Assembly (NCBI GenBank): GCA_963678065.2
Contig: CAXXVZ010000004.1
Span: forward strand, 608,001-672,000
Direction: 5' to 3'
Length of the DNA stretch: 64,000 bases
Source of the DNA: Treponemataceae bacterium
Lineage (GTDB): Bacteria; Spirochaetota; Spirochaetia; Treponematales; Rectinemataceae
This document shows, piece after piece, positions 36,060 to 47,007 of the stretch. Made by a program: the position numbers and the translations under genes. Under the pieces are notes generated by a model. The model ran no database searches. It had not been told where the DNA came from and was given only the letters and a program-made list of their open reading frames with translations. Position 1 is the first letter of the stretch, and the number at the start of each line of letters is the position of its first letter.

Positions 36060-37247
36060 CTAGAATCCGAACGCGAGAGCGAATCCCCCGAAAAGTATCC
36101 CCGATGCCGCGCAGACGATCATGGGCACGAGTCCCTTTTCCACTTCGAGACGGGCCCCCGTCTGAGAAGTGAAGGTTGAACAGCCGGTGAAGTTCATGCC
36201 GAGGAAGGCCGAGACCGCGCCGCAGATCGCGGCGGCGGCGAGCGCGGCTCCCGGATTCGCGCCGGCGAGGACGCCTGTCGCTCCGCCCCAGAGGGCGCCG
36301 AGAAAGGCCCCCTTGAGAGCGAATGCCCTGAAAGGAAGAAGGGGAAGAAGAGCGGGGAGGCCGACTGTGCCCGCCACGACGCCTCCCGAAAGGATGCCGA
36401 AAACAGTCGCCCAGACGGCAAAAAAGTCCGGCGCCGCTCCTCCCGATCCGACTCCGGCGCCCAGGCGCGCGAGGAGGGCTGCAAGTACAGCTATGAGGGC
36501 GACCGCGGCGAAGAATACCCAGGAATGGACGAACTCGACCGGAACGAGAAGGAGGCGGTCGACGAATCCGAAGCGCACCGTCCGCATCGCCTCGCCCTTC
36601 CTCATCCCTGCGTCCATCCAGGCGGGAATGTCCGCCGCGCGGACGGGGCCGTAGATCACCGAGAAGCCGGCCCTGCGCGCGATTTCGTGCGCCGAAACGC
36701 CCGAAGCGCCGAGCTGGGGGAGGATGAGACGCCTGTGCGAGACGAGGGCCCGCAGTCCCGTCTTCGCTATCCTCGAAACGAGTTCCTCAGTCCCAAAGCT
36801 TCCCTTCCCGGCGGCGCACCAGACATTCACCCCCTTCGTATCGAGGACGAGTATCCACGCGTCGATTCCGGAGAGTTCCTTGCGGAGACTGTCGAAGCTG
36901 AGTTTGTAGTTGGCCGTCACGAGGACGACAGATTCGGGACGGGGAGCGCCGAGGGCGTAGATCCCCGGCCGGACTCGGTAGCTGTTCCTGCCCATCCCCC
37001 ACCGCACCTTCCATCCGCCACGTCTGTCATTCAGAGTCAGACGGGTGCCGACGACCGGGATCGCGCGCCCGGGGACTTCGAGTCTTCCGGTCACGAAGGG
37101 TTGGCCGAGGGCAGCCTCGTCGGTCCGCACATCGATCTTCGCATCGATTCCAGGACTGCGCGTGTTTCCCGCGGCGAAGCTGTGGGCCTGTCCTGTCGGT
37201 CTGAAACCGCCCGCGAAGGGGCCGCTTCCGCTGTGCTCACGATTCAT
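36060..37247 (-). CDS. hgcA: Mercury methylation corrinoid protein HgcA
   Basis: Cap-helix motif NVWCAAGK (36804-36827), VTANYKLSFD, LPQLGA, GPVRA.D, C-terminal TM domain with MNFTGCSTFTS. Confidence 0.96.
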   Translation of the reverse strand: MNREHSGSGPFAGGFRPTGQAHSFAAGNTRSPGIDAKIDVRTDEAALGQPFVTGRLEVPGRAIPVVGTRLTLNDRRGGWKVRWGMGRNSYRVRPGIYALGAPRPESVVLVTANYKLSFDSLRKELSGIDAWILVLDTKGVNVWCAAGKGSFGTEELVSRIAKTGLRALVSHRRLILPQLGASGVSAHEIARRAGFSVIYGPVRAADIPAWMDAGMRKGEAMRTVRFGFVDRLLLVPVEFVHSWVFFAAVALIAVLAALLARLGAGVGSGGAAPDFFAVWATVFGILSGGVVAGTVGLPALLPLLPFRAFALKGAFLGALWGGATGVLAGANPGAALAAAAICGAVSAFLGMNFTGCSTFTSQTGARLEVEKGLVPMIVCAASGILFGGFALAFGF

Positions 37248-37765
37248 GATCCAGCCTCCTGTCTACAATCCGCGGACGCGCCGCGGTCACTCGTTCCAGC
37301 ACAGCAGCCATCGAAAGGCTTCGCGCGCAGGGCAACGGCTAGGGTCGCTATTCCGTCCACGACAGTCTGACGGCTGTCGGCGGGAAGGGATTCGAGGACA
37401 TCGGCGTAGTACCGATCGCAGATTTCGTGGATGGAATCCACCTTGTCTCCGCCGGCCGGGGTCAGCGCGACGACTTGCCGCCGTCTGTTCGCCATGTCGG
37501 TCTCGCGCGACGCAAGACCAGCCCTGACGAGCCCGTCCACAGTCCGGCTCAGGGTGCTCGCGTCGAGGTCGAGTATCCGCGCGCAGTCGCCGACTCCGGT
37601 CGGACCGCTTTGATCCAGCTCCAGAAGCAGGTGGCACTGGGCTACGGTCACTCCGCAGCATCCCGTCTGAGAGGAGAGTGCGCGCTCTATCTGGCGCTCG
37701 AGGAGTCTGAGGTTGCGGCGGAATTCCCTCACGTGGGCTTGCGGTTCATCATTCACAGATCTCAT
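37244..37765 (-). CDS. Cys-rich MarR family regulator
   Basis: CCGVTVAQCHLL, LDASTLSRTVDGLV..G...R....DMANRR winged helix, C-terminal CC; ATGA overlap with hgcA. Confidence 0.88.
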   Translation of the reverse strand: MRSVNDEPQAHVREFRRNLRLLERQIERALSSQTGCCGVTVAQCHLLLELDQSGPTGVGDCARILDLDASTLSRTVDGLVRAGLASRETDMANRRRQVVALTPAGGDKVDSIHEICDRYYADVLESLPADSRQTVVDGIATLAVALRAKPFDGCCAGTSDRGASADCRQEAGS

Positions 37766-37772
37766 GTATAAC

Positions 37773-37802
37773 ACATATATTGCGTATTGCAATATATGTC
37801 AA
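37773..37802 (-). promoter_or_regulatory. Palindromic operator overlapping the marR-hgcAB promoter
   Basis: ACATATATTGC-N5-GCAATATATGT (37773-37799) overlaps TTGACA (37797-37802)-N17-TATATG. Confidence 0.7.
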
Positions 37803-37859
37803 CTACAATCGACAGCCGCCCGCTTGCGCCCACCTGGCGAGGTCGGGAATACTCTCGCC

Positions 37860-38981
37860 ATGAGCTTGAGACCCTTCGCGCTCGAACGGTATTTTGCCCG
37901 GCACGAGTTCAGCGCCCGCTACCTTCTCGGATCGAGCGACCCTGAATCGATGTCGGTGCGTGAACTTCTCGCCCTCGAACCCGGCTCTGAGGCGGGCCTG
38001 GGAGATCTGCGGCTCGGCTACACGGAGAGCCTCGGCCATCCCGATCTCCGGAGGGACATCGCCGCGACCTACACTCAGACAGACCCGGACTCCATCATCG
38101 TCTTCTCGGGCGCCGAAGAGCCCATATACACATTCATGAACGCGGCGCTCGAAGCGGGGGATCACATCATCGTCCACTTTCCCTCATACCAGTCTCACCA
38201 CGCCGTCGCACAGGCGCGGGGAATCGACGTCTCGCTCTGGAAGGGAGATCCCGCCGCGGGCTGGGCTCCGGAGCCCTCGGAGCTGGAAGACCTCATCCGG
38301 CCGGAGACAGTGGCCATCCTCGTCTGCACGCCCCACAATCCGACCGGCTGGCTCGCCGACGCGCGGGCATGGGCGCGAATCGTCGACATCGCCCGGGCGC
38401 ACGATCTCTGGCTGTTCTCGGACGAGGTCTACCGGGGGCTCGAGCACGAGCCCCCGACGCGGCTTCCCCAGGCCTGTGATCTCTATGAGAAAGGGATCTC
38501 GCTCAACTGTCTCAGCAAGAGCTGCGGCCTCGCGGGCCTGCGCATCGGCTGGATCGCCACACGGGACAGGGAACTCTTCGCGAAACTCGCGGCCTACAAG
38601 GATTACCTCAGCATCTGCAACAGCGCTCCCTCGGAGTACCTCGCCGGCATCGCGGTCCGTCACATGGAGACGCTTTTCGGACGCAGCCGGGAGCGGGTTG
38701 TGCGGAATCTCGACCTCCTCGAAGCCTTTTTCGCGAGGCGATCCGATATATTCCGCTGGATGCGCCCGGGCGCCGGATCGACCACCTTCCCCGAGTACAC
38801 AGCAGGGGATTCCTTCGAACTCTGCGAGCGACTTGTGGCCGAAACGGGCATCATGCTCGTGCCGGGACGTTTTTTCGATATCGAAGGCGGCTTCATCCGC
38901 TTCGGCTACGGACGTGAAAACCTGCCGGAAGTTTTGCCGCTGCTGGAAGAATGGCTTGAACGGGCGGCGCCCGGCCGGTAG
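37860..38981 (+). CDS. Class I/II PLP-dependent aminotransferase
   Basis: PHNPTG, FSDEVY, SKSCGLAGLRIGW, IRFGYG. Confidence 0.9.
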   Translation: MSLRPFALERYFARHEFSARYLLGSSDPESMSVRELLALEPGSEAGLGDLRLGYTESLGHPDLRRDIAATYTQTDPDSIIVFSGAEEPIYTFMNAALEAGDHIIVHFPSYQSHHAVAQARGIDVSLWKGDPAAGWAPEPSELEDLIRPETVAILVCTPHNPTGWLADARAWARIVDIARAHDLWLFSDEVYRGLEHEPPTRLPQACDLYEKGISLNCLSKSCGLAGLRIGWIATRDRELFAKLAAYKDYLSICNSAPSEYLAGIAVRHMETLFGRSRERVVRNLDLLEAFFARRSDIFRWMRPGAGSTTFPEYTAGDSFELCERLVAETGIMLVPGRFFDIEGGFIRFGYGRENLPEVLPLLEEWLERAAPGR

Positions 38982-39020
38982 CCCTGCGCAAAGGAAGAAT
39001 TCCGCGGACCTGAAGCCCCC

Positions 39021-39734
39021 CTACCCCCGCGGCGCATTCTCCAGAGCCGCCATGATCCAGTCCCGCATGAACGAGACACCTTCCTTCACGAGGTCGAATT
39101 GTGCGTCGAGTATGCACCAGTCGAGAAAGACGGCGCGGGCCGAACGGTTGAAGAGCTGGGCGAGACGGGACGCGTCGATGTCCACCCTGAACTCGCCGGA
39201 CTTCTGTCCCTCGGCGATTATGCCTCCGACGATGGCGACCCACTGCCTGCCCGAGTCGGTGATAATCTTGTCCGTCCCCGCCTGGCTGGTCTGGTTGGCG
39301 TACAGCACTTTGAGGTTCCGGTTTCCGACGACATCGCGCACATAGCGCATCTGGGCGCGCGTGAAAGCGAGAAGTTTTTCCCTCGCGGTTTTGTAACGTC
39401 TGAGATTTCCGTCGGCGTAGCTGCGGTAGTACCCGTCGATCTTGAGGAATTCCTCCACGATGATGTCGCTCTTCGTGGCGAAGTACGTGTAGAAGCTGCC
39501 CTTGGCGACTCCCGCCGTCCGGGTGATCTCCTCTATGGTGACCGCGTTGAATCCCTTTTCGTCGAAGAGCCTGAGGGCCGCCTCGAGGATGGCGTCCTTG
39601 GTTCTCTGAGCCGTCCTGCCCAGCACGGCCCCGCGGCGCGGGGAGGTCGAGTCGCTTTTCGGCCTCTTCGCCCGAGGTTCCACCTCCGGGTCCGCCGCGC
39701 CTGATCCGGAATCCCGCCCTTCTGCTGCCGCCAT
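39021..39734 (-). CDS. TetR/AcrR family regulator
   Basis: ILEAALRLFDEKGFNAVTIEEITRTAGVAKGSFYTYFATK; SD GGGAG before ATG 39734. Confidence 0.9.
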   Translation of the reverse strand: MAAAEGRDSGSGAADPEVEPRAKRPKSDSTSPRRGAVLGRTAQRTKDAILEAALRLFDEKGFNAVTIEEITRTAGVAKGSFYTYFATKSDIIVEEFLKIDGYYRSYADGNLRRYKTAREKLLAFTRAQMRYVRDVVGNRNLKVLYANQTSQAGTDKIITDSGRQWVAIVGGIIAEGQKSGEFRVDIDASRLAQLFNRSARAVFLDWCILDAQFDLVKEGVSFMRDWIMAALENAPRG

Positions 39735-39757
39735 CGCCCGCTCCCGCCCGCCTCGCC

Positions 39758-41263
<1,506 letters not shown>

Positions 41264-41264
41264 G

Positions 41265-42266
41265 TCAGTCAGCCTCCACTCTGCGGCCGTCCAGACGGCG
41301 CTGCAGCTCCGGCAGGACCTGGAAGGCGTCGCCCACGATGGCGAAATCGGCGATCCTGTGCAGGTTCGCGTCGGGGTCGGGGTTGACCGACACTATGACT
41401 TCGCTCGTCTTGATTCCCGCGAGGTGCTGGATAGAGCCCGAGATTCCCGCGCCTATGTAGAGTTTGGGAGATATCGTCTTGCCCGAGAGTCCGATCTGGT
41501 GGGGGTAACCGATCCATCCCCTGTCCACCGCCTCGCGGCTCGCGCCGACGACGCCGCCGAAGCTGGCCGCGAGTTTTTCGAGCATCGCGAAGTTGTCGGC
41601 CTTCTTCATTCCCTTGCCGCCCGCGACCACGATGTCGGCCTCCTCCAGGTTGACGAAACCCGTGGCGTCCTTCCGGTAGCCGAGGACCGAGACGCGCGGG
41701 TCGATCATGTCATCCGAGACGGGTACCACGATTATTCTGCCCTCGCGCTCAGGATCGCGCGGAAGGGATCGCGAGGACTTCGGTCTGACCGTCGCCATCT
41801 GAGGCCTGTGGTCGGGCGTCTTGATCGTGGCCATGATGTTTCCGCCGATGGCCGGCCGCGTCTGGAGCAGGTTTCCCGTTCCCTCTTCGATGTCGAGCTC
41901 TGTGCAGTCCGCGGTCAGGCCCGTGTGCACCTTGACGGCGAGATAGGGCATGAGAGTCCGCCCCGAGGAGGTGGCCGCGGCGAGGATGACGCTCGGCCTG
42001 TATGCCGCGATGATGCGAGAGAGGATGCGCGCGTAGCTCTCGCAGACGAAATCGGCGAGTCGCGGATCCTGGATCGAGTAGACCTCGTCCGCGCCGCGCT
42101 CTATCAGCTCCCGCATGGCCGCCTCGTCCACTCCGTCGCCTATGAGGACGGAGGCGAGTTTGGTTCCGAGCTTGTCGGCCAGCTTCCGGCCGCGTGAGAG
42201 CAGTTCGAAGGAGACAGCCTTGAGCTGGCCCCCGTGCTGTTCTGCCAGTGTCCAGACGAAACTCAT
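41265..42266 (-). CDS. etfA: Electron transfer flavoprotein alpha subunit
   Basis: GLTADCT, TRPAIGGN, RPQMATVRP, QIGLSGKT, GISGSIQH; SD GGAGG before ATG 42266. Confidence 0.93.
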   Translation of the reverse strand: MSFVWTLAEQHGGQLKAVSFELLSRGRKLADKLGTKLASVLIGDGVDEAAMRELIERGADEVYSIQDPRLADFVCESYARILSRIIAAYRPSVILAAATSSGRTLMPYLAVKVHTGLTADCTELDIEEGTGNLLQTRPAIGGNIMATIKTPDHRPQMATVRPKSSRSLPRDPEREGRIIVVPVSDDMIDPRVSVLGYRKDATGFVNLEEADIVVAGGKGMKKADNFAMLEKLAASFGGVVGASREAVDRGWIGYPHQIGLSGKTISPKLYIGAGISGSIQHLAGIKTSEVIVSVNPDPDANLHRIADFAIVGDAFQVLPELQRRLDGRRVEAD

Positions 42267-42283
42267 GTGCACGGCCTCCTTTT

Positions 42284-43081
42284 TCAGACCAGAGCCTTGG
42301 CGGCGAGAAATTCCATGAGACTGTCGACGGCGGCGACGACGCCCTCGTCGTCCTCGGCGCGGACTGTCCGCCCGCCGCGCGTGACCTTCGGGGTGTCGAT
42401 CTTCACGACCTTCGTCGGCGAACCCCGGAGCCCTATGAATGTCGGGTCGAGCTCCATGTTCTCCGTTCCGTAGACGGGTATCGCGAGCTGCTTCGCGTAT
42501 TTCTTTCCACGCAGAGTCGGCAGACGGGGCGAGGCGATTTCCTTGACCACGGTCAGAAGGGCGGGCAGCGGCAGCGAGAGGATCTGGTAGCCATCCTCGA
42601 CGAGGCGCTCCACGGTGATCCTGCCGCCCTCGATCCCTCCCAGCCTCGCGACGTAGGTGGCGACGGGGAGGTCGAGCCAGGAGGCTATCCCGGGGCCGAC
42701 CTGGGCCGTGTCCCCGTCCGTCGCGCGCTCTCCCGCGATCACGAGGTCGAAGGCGCCTGTCTTCCTGATGGCCTGGGCGAGGGTGTAGGAGGTGGCCCAG
42801 GTGTCGGAGCCGGAGAACTTCCTGTCCGAGACGAGTACGGCCTCGTCGCAGCCCATCGCGATGACGTCCTTCAGAGCCTTGACGGCCTGGGACGGGCCCA
42901 TGGTCAGAACAGTCACCGTCCCTCCGTACTGCTGCTTCAGCCGGAGTGCGGTCTCGACGGCGTACAGGTCGAGGGGATTGACGACAGTCTCGACTCCCGC
43001 CCGGATCACGGTGCCCGTGACGGGATCCATCTTGACATTGCTCGTCTCGGGGACCTGCTTTATCGGAACGACGATTTTCAA
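42284..43081 (-). CDS. etfB: Electron transfer flavoprotein beta subunit
   Basis: IKQVPET, NPLD, GSDTWATS, ATDGDTAQVGPG, GLRGSPT; TTG start with SD GAGGAGG. Confidence 0.93.
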   Translation of the reverse strand: MKIVVPIKQVPETSNVKMDPVTGTVIRAGVETVVNPLDLYAVETALRLKQQYGGTVTVLTMGPSQAVKALKDVIAMGCDEAVLVSDRKFSGSDTWATSYTLAQAIRKTGAFDLVIAGERATDGDTAQVGPGIASWLDLPVATYVARLGGIEGGRITVERLVEDGYQILSLPLPALLTVVKEIASPRLPTLRGKKYAKQLAIPVYGTENMELDPTFIGLRGSPTKVVKIDTPKVTRGGRTVRAEDDEGVVAAVDSLMEFLAAKALV

Positions 43082-43162
43082 GGCGACCTCCTCGGTACTC
43101 AAGGGGCTGGGCTGCGTTCGACAAAGCGAACGAGGCCCGCCATCCAAGCTTCCGACCTCCGC

Positions 43163-43222
43163 ATGATAAACCATATTTTGACCGCGGTCAACTTTTATTT
43201 TTAAAATTATTGACCGCGGTCA
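43163..43222 (-). promoter_or_regulatory. etfB promoter with two palindromic operators
   Basis: TTGACC-N17-TATCAT (43191-43163); TGACCGCGGTCA palindromes at 43179-43190 and 43211-43222. Confidence 0.75.
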
Positions 43223-43343
43223 TTTTTTCGACCGGATGGTGCGGACCTCCGGACACAGACCGGCGGCTTTCGGCCCTTGCGAGCGGACGCTTCCCGAAGG
43301 TATTGTGACAGCGGTTAAAGCGCAGGATTTTGGAGGAAAACAG

Positions 43344-45014
43344 TTGCCGAGATACAGGATTCCGCAGCTCAAACTGCGACCCGATCACGAGTGGGCGGAT
43401 ATCGAACGGAAAATAATCGCCGCCCTCGGCGTTACGAAAGACAGTCTCGTCTCGTGGAAAATCGACAGGAAATCCTTCGACGCGCGTGAAAAAACCGATA
43501 TCAGGATCATATACGGCGTGACCGTCGAGCTGAAAACCCCGGCGAAAGGGCCGGGGAAAGGACGCGAGTGGCTGCCCGCCGCCGGGGAAGAAGAATACGC
43601 CTTCCCATCGCCGCGGGGCACAGGCTCCCCGGGCAAGCGTCCCGTCATCGTCGGAAGCGGACCCGCGGGGCTGTTCTGCGCGCTCATCCTCGCTGAGAAC
43701 GGCTACGCCCCGCTCGTCCTCGAGCGCGGCGAGGATGTCGAGAGCAGGATGCGCTCGGTCCGGCGATTCTGGGAGACCGGCGAACTCAAGCCCGATTCCA
43801 ACATGCAATTCGGAGAGGGCGGCGCGGGAACCTTCTCCGACGGCAAGCTCAACACCTCCATCGCGGACCGCGAGCACCAGAACGCCAAGGTCCTGGGCGA
43901 GTTCGTCGAGGCGGGAGCGCCGCCCGAAATCGCCTACAGCAACAAGCCCCACATCGGAACCGACTATCTCCTCACCGTCGTCGGAAATATCCGGAAAAAG
44001 ATCGAGAGTCTCGGCGGCACGGTCCGCTTCAACGCCAAGGTGACCTCCTTCGGTATCGAGTCAGGCGGTATCCGCTCGGTGACCGTGAACGGCTCCGAAT
44101 GCATCGAGGCTCCGGTCCTCGTGCTCGCGATCGGCCACAGCGCACGGGACAGCTTCGAGGAACTCTCCCGCGGCCCGACTCGCATGGAGCAGAAACCCTT
44201 CGCAATAGGCCTCAGGATCGAGCACCCCCAGGAGATGATACAGCGCAATCAGTTCGGGCCCTTCTGGAATCATCCCAAACTGCCCGTCGCGGACTACAAG
44301 CTCAGCCACCAGTCCTCGGGGGGTCGGGGAGTCTACAGCTTCTGCATGTGCCCGGGGGGCTTCGTCGTCAATTCGAGTTCGGAAGCCGGCATGGTCGTCT
44401 GCAACGGTATGAGCAATTTTGCCCGGAACGAGAGAAACGCCAATTCCGCCATCGTCGTAGCCGTCAGGACGGAGGACTTCGGTGGCTCCGGTGTGCTCGC
44501 CGGCATCGAGTTCCAGAGGCGCTGGGAGAGGGCCGCCTTTCTCGCGGCGAATGGCCGCGTGGCGAATGGTGGCCGCGCGGTGGACGATAAGCCTGCGGCG
44601 AACGGAGGCGGCGCCTTCGCCATGCCCGTCCAGCGCCTCGGGGATTTTTTCGCCGGAATCCCTTCGACGCGGCTCGGCGTGATAAAGCCCTGCTCCAGAG
44701 GCGGATACAGTCTCTCCGACCTGAACGGCTGCCTGCCCGGCTTCGTCGCGGGGGCGATAAAGGAAGGAATCCAGGTCTTCGACCGCAGGATAAAGGGCTT
44801 TGCCCACCCGGACGCCGTCCTCACGGGGGTCGAGACGAGGACATCCTCGCCGCTGCGGATCATCCGCGACGCCTCGCTTCAGAGCAATGTCGCCGGGCTG
44901 TATCCCTGCGGCGAAGGAGCGGGCTATGCCGGCGGCATCATGTCCGCCGCCATGGACGGCATCAGGGTCGCCGAGGCCGTCGCCCGGACGATATCCCGCG
45001 GAGCAAATCCATGA
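43344..45014 (+). CDS. Uncharacterised FAD-dependent oxidoreductase (COG2509-like)
   Basis: GSGPAG, QFGEGGAGTFSDGKL, YSFCMCPGG, ETRTSSP, GEGAGYAGGI; TTG start after GGAGG. Confidence 0.88.
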   Translation: MPRYRIPQLKLRPDHEWADIERKIIAALGVTKDSLVSWKIDRKSFDAREKTDIRIIYGVTVELKTPAKGPGKGREWLPAAGEEEYAFPSPRGTGSPGKRPVIVGSGPAGLFCALILAENGYAPLVLERGEDVESRMRSVRRFWETGELKPDSNMQFGEGGAGTFSDGKLNTSIADREHQNAKVLGEFVEAGAPPEIAYSNKPHIGTDYLLTVVGNIRKKIESLGGTVRFNAKVTSFGIESGGIRSVTVNGSECIEAPVLVLAIGHSARDSFEELSRGPTRMEQKPFAIGLRIEHPQEMIQRNQFGPFWNHPKLPVADYKLSHQSSGGRGVYSFCMCPGGFVVNSSSEAGMVVCNGMSNFARNERNANSAIVVAVRTEDFGGSGVLAGIEFQRRWERAAFLAANGRVANGGRAVDDKPAANGGGAFAMPVQRLGDFFAGIPSTRLGVIKPCSRGGYSLSDLNGCLPGFVAGAIKEGIQVFDRRIKGFAHPDAVLTGVETRTSSPLRIIRDASLQSNVAGLYPCGEGAGYAGGIMSAAMDGIRVAEAVARTISRGANP

Positions 45015-46507
45015 ATCCGGGCTACGCCGTCGCCCTCATCCTTACGGCGATACCGGCTTCCATCGTCGCGACGATGGCTGTAAGGCGCCGTACAGCCGCC
45101 GGCGCCCCGGGACTCGCGGCGGCTTTGATCGCAGTCGTGGTCTGGACCATCACGTACGCGCTCCGCTGGCTCAGCCCCGACGGAGTCGCAGCCGCATTCT
45201 GGCTCGACGCGACGTACCTGGGTGTCGTCACGGCCCCGACTGCCTTCTTCGTCGTCGCGGCCCAGGTGACCGCCGGCCAGAGGCTCTTCACGCGAAAGAA
45301 TCTGGTCCTTGTGTCCATCGAACCATTGCTGACGCTTCTCATCCTCTTCACCGACCGCTTTCACGGCCTGTTCTACGCCGGGATACGGACTTCGGGATCG
45401 ATTCTGAACGGAGGCCCCTGGTTCTGGTTCAACGCCATCTACTCCTACGCGCTCCTCCTCGCGGCGGCCGTTCTGCTCGTGCGCGCACTCACCCGCGCGC
45501 GGGATCTCTACCGCCGCCAGCTCGTCGCCCTCCTCGTGGGAATGCTCCTGCCCTGGCTCGGCAACATCGTGAGCCTCGGCCATCTCAGCCCCTTCGCGGA
45601 CCTGGACACGACTCCCTTCATCTTCTTCGCGAGCGGCATCGTGATAGCCTTCGGGCTGTTCCGCTACCGGCTCTTCGACATCGTCCCCGTCGCACACGAT
45701 CTCCTCGTCGAAAGCATGACGGATGGCATGATCGTCGTCGACACCGTATACCGCATCCTCGACCTCAATCCGGCGGCCAGAGCAATCTTCGGCATCTCCG
45801 GGAAGGTCATCGGCCAGCCGGTCGCGGGCATCAAGGAGCTGTGGACCGATCCCGGACGCGTCGACGAGCTGATGCTGGTTCCGAAGCGGGAATGTATCGT
45901 GAAGAGCTCCGCCGACCGCAGCTACGAGGTCTCGGTTTCGCCGGTCAGGGAGAGAAGGAGGGAGGCGAAAGGATGGCTGATTGTCCTCCACGACATCACC
46001 GAGCGCAAGAAATTCGAGGATGAGCTGCGGTACCGAAGCACTCACGACATCCTGACGGGACTGTACAACCGGCAGTACTACGAAGAGGCGATAGACAGGC
46101 TCCAGTCGGAGAGGCGCCATGCCATCTCCGTCGTCATGATGGATCTGGACGGTCTGAAGGAAATCAACGACAGCCGCGGGCACTCGGCGGGCGACGCGCT
46201 GATACGGGAGACCGCCGGGATACTGGCCGGGGTCGTGGAGGGCGAGGATATTCTCGCGCGGGCAGGCGGAGACGAGTTCCTCGTCATCATGCCCGATTCG
46301 GGCATCGTCGCCGCCAACGCCATCGTGGAGAAGATACGCAGGGAGATACACTCCCGCAACGCGAAAGAGACGGGGATGCCGGCCATCAGGCTTTCCATGG
46401 GCATCGCCGTCAGGACAGCCAACGAGCCTCTCTTTGCCACCATGAAGCGGGCCGACGACGCGATGTACCGGGAAAAGAACATGAAAAAAGCGCAGGTTGA
46501 TGCCTGA
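45011..46507 (+). CDS. Diguanylate cyclase (7TM sensor-PAS-GGDEF)
   Basis: Seven hydrophobic segments, PAS-like region, D.LTGLYNR, DLDGLKEIND..GH..GD, GGDEF. Confidence 0.9.
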   Translation: MNPGYAVALILTAIPASIVATMAVRRRTAAGAPGLAAALIAVVVWTITYALRWLSPDGVAAAFWLDATYLGVVTAPTAFFVVAAQVTAGQRLFTRKNLVLVSIEPLLTLLILFTDRFHGLFYAGIRTSGSILNGGPWFWFNAIYSYALLLAAAVLLVRALTRARDLYRRQLVALLVGMLLPWLGNIVSLGHLSPFADLDTTPFIFFASGIVIAFGLFRYRLFDIVPVAHDLLVESMTDGMIVVDTVYRILDLNPAARAIFGISGKVIGQPVAGIKELWTDPGRVDELMLVPKRECIVKSSADRSYEVSVSPVRERRREAKGWLIVLHDITERKKFEDELRYRSTHDILTGLYNRQYYEEAIDRLQSERRHAISVVMMDLDGLKEINDSRGHSAGDALIRETAGILAGVVEGEDILARAGGDEFLVIMPDSGIVAANAIVEKIRREIHSRNAKETGMPAIRLSMGIAVRTANEPLFATMKRADDAMYREKNMKKAQVDA

Positions 46508-46566
46508 GCGAAATCCGACTGTCACCGGGCCGGTGCCGGAGTAGCACAGACCAGCCGGGTCGGCGA

Positions 46567-46929
46567 TCAGGACTTGATCAGGGCGGCCCAGGCCTCGGGA
46601 TCGTTTCCGATGACGGCTTTGCGCCCTTCCCGTACGATGGGAGTCCTCAGGAGAAGCGGATCGGCGAGAATTTCTTCCTCGATATCGAAATCCATGTATT
46701 TCAGTCCCCGCGCGACGAACCGCTGACCTGAGCGGTCCAGCAGGGATTCGGCCCCGAGAGCTGCGCCTTGGGCTGACGAAAGGGCTTCGCGGACGCTCCG
46801 TAGTTCGCCGGGGCTGATACCCTTGTCGGCGAGATCGATAAACTGGAACCTGATTCCGCGTTCCTTGAAGAAACGCTCGGCTTTTTTCGTGTCCTGGCAC
46901 TTCTTCGTGCCGAATATCTGCAAGGCCAT
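46567..46929 (-). CDS. ArsC/Spx family protein
   Basis: QIFGTKKCQDTKKAERFFKER, LLRTPIVR. Confidence 0.85.
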   Translation of the reverse strand: MALQIFGTKKCQDTKKAERFFKERGIRFQFIDLADKGISPGELRSVREALSSAQGAALGAESLLDRSGQRFVARGLKYMDFDIEEEILADPLLLRTPIVREGRKAVIGNDPEAWAALIKS

Positions 46930-47007
46930 GGGCCGATTATAGCGATCGACCGTGCTGCCGAAAAGGTCGAACCGAGGCTCGAGCCGAGCCACGGTTCGAC
47001 CCTCAGT

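Noticed and set aside
36804..36827. Selenocysteine variant of HgcA
   Set aside because: The cap-helix codon is TGC (Cys), not TGA.
46567..46929. True arsenate reductase linked to the MarR-hgc locus
   Set aside because: About 9 kb away, single-Cys ArsC/Spx-like family, no ars transporters nearby.
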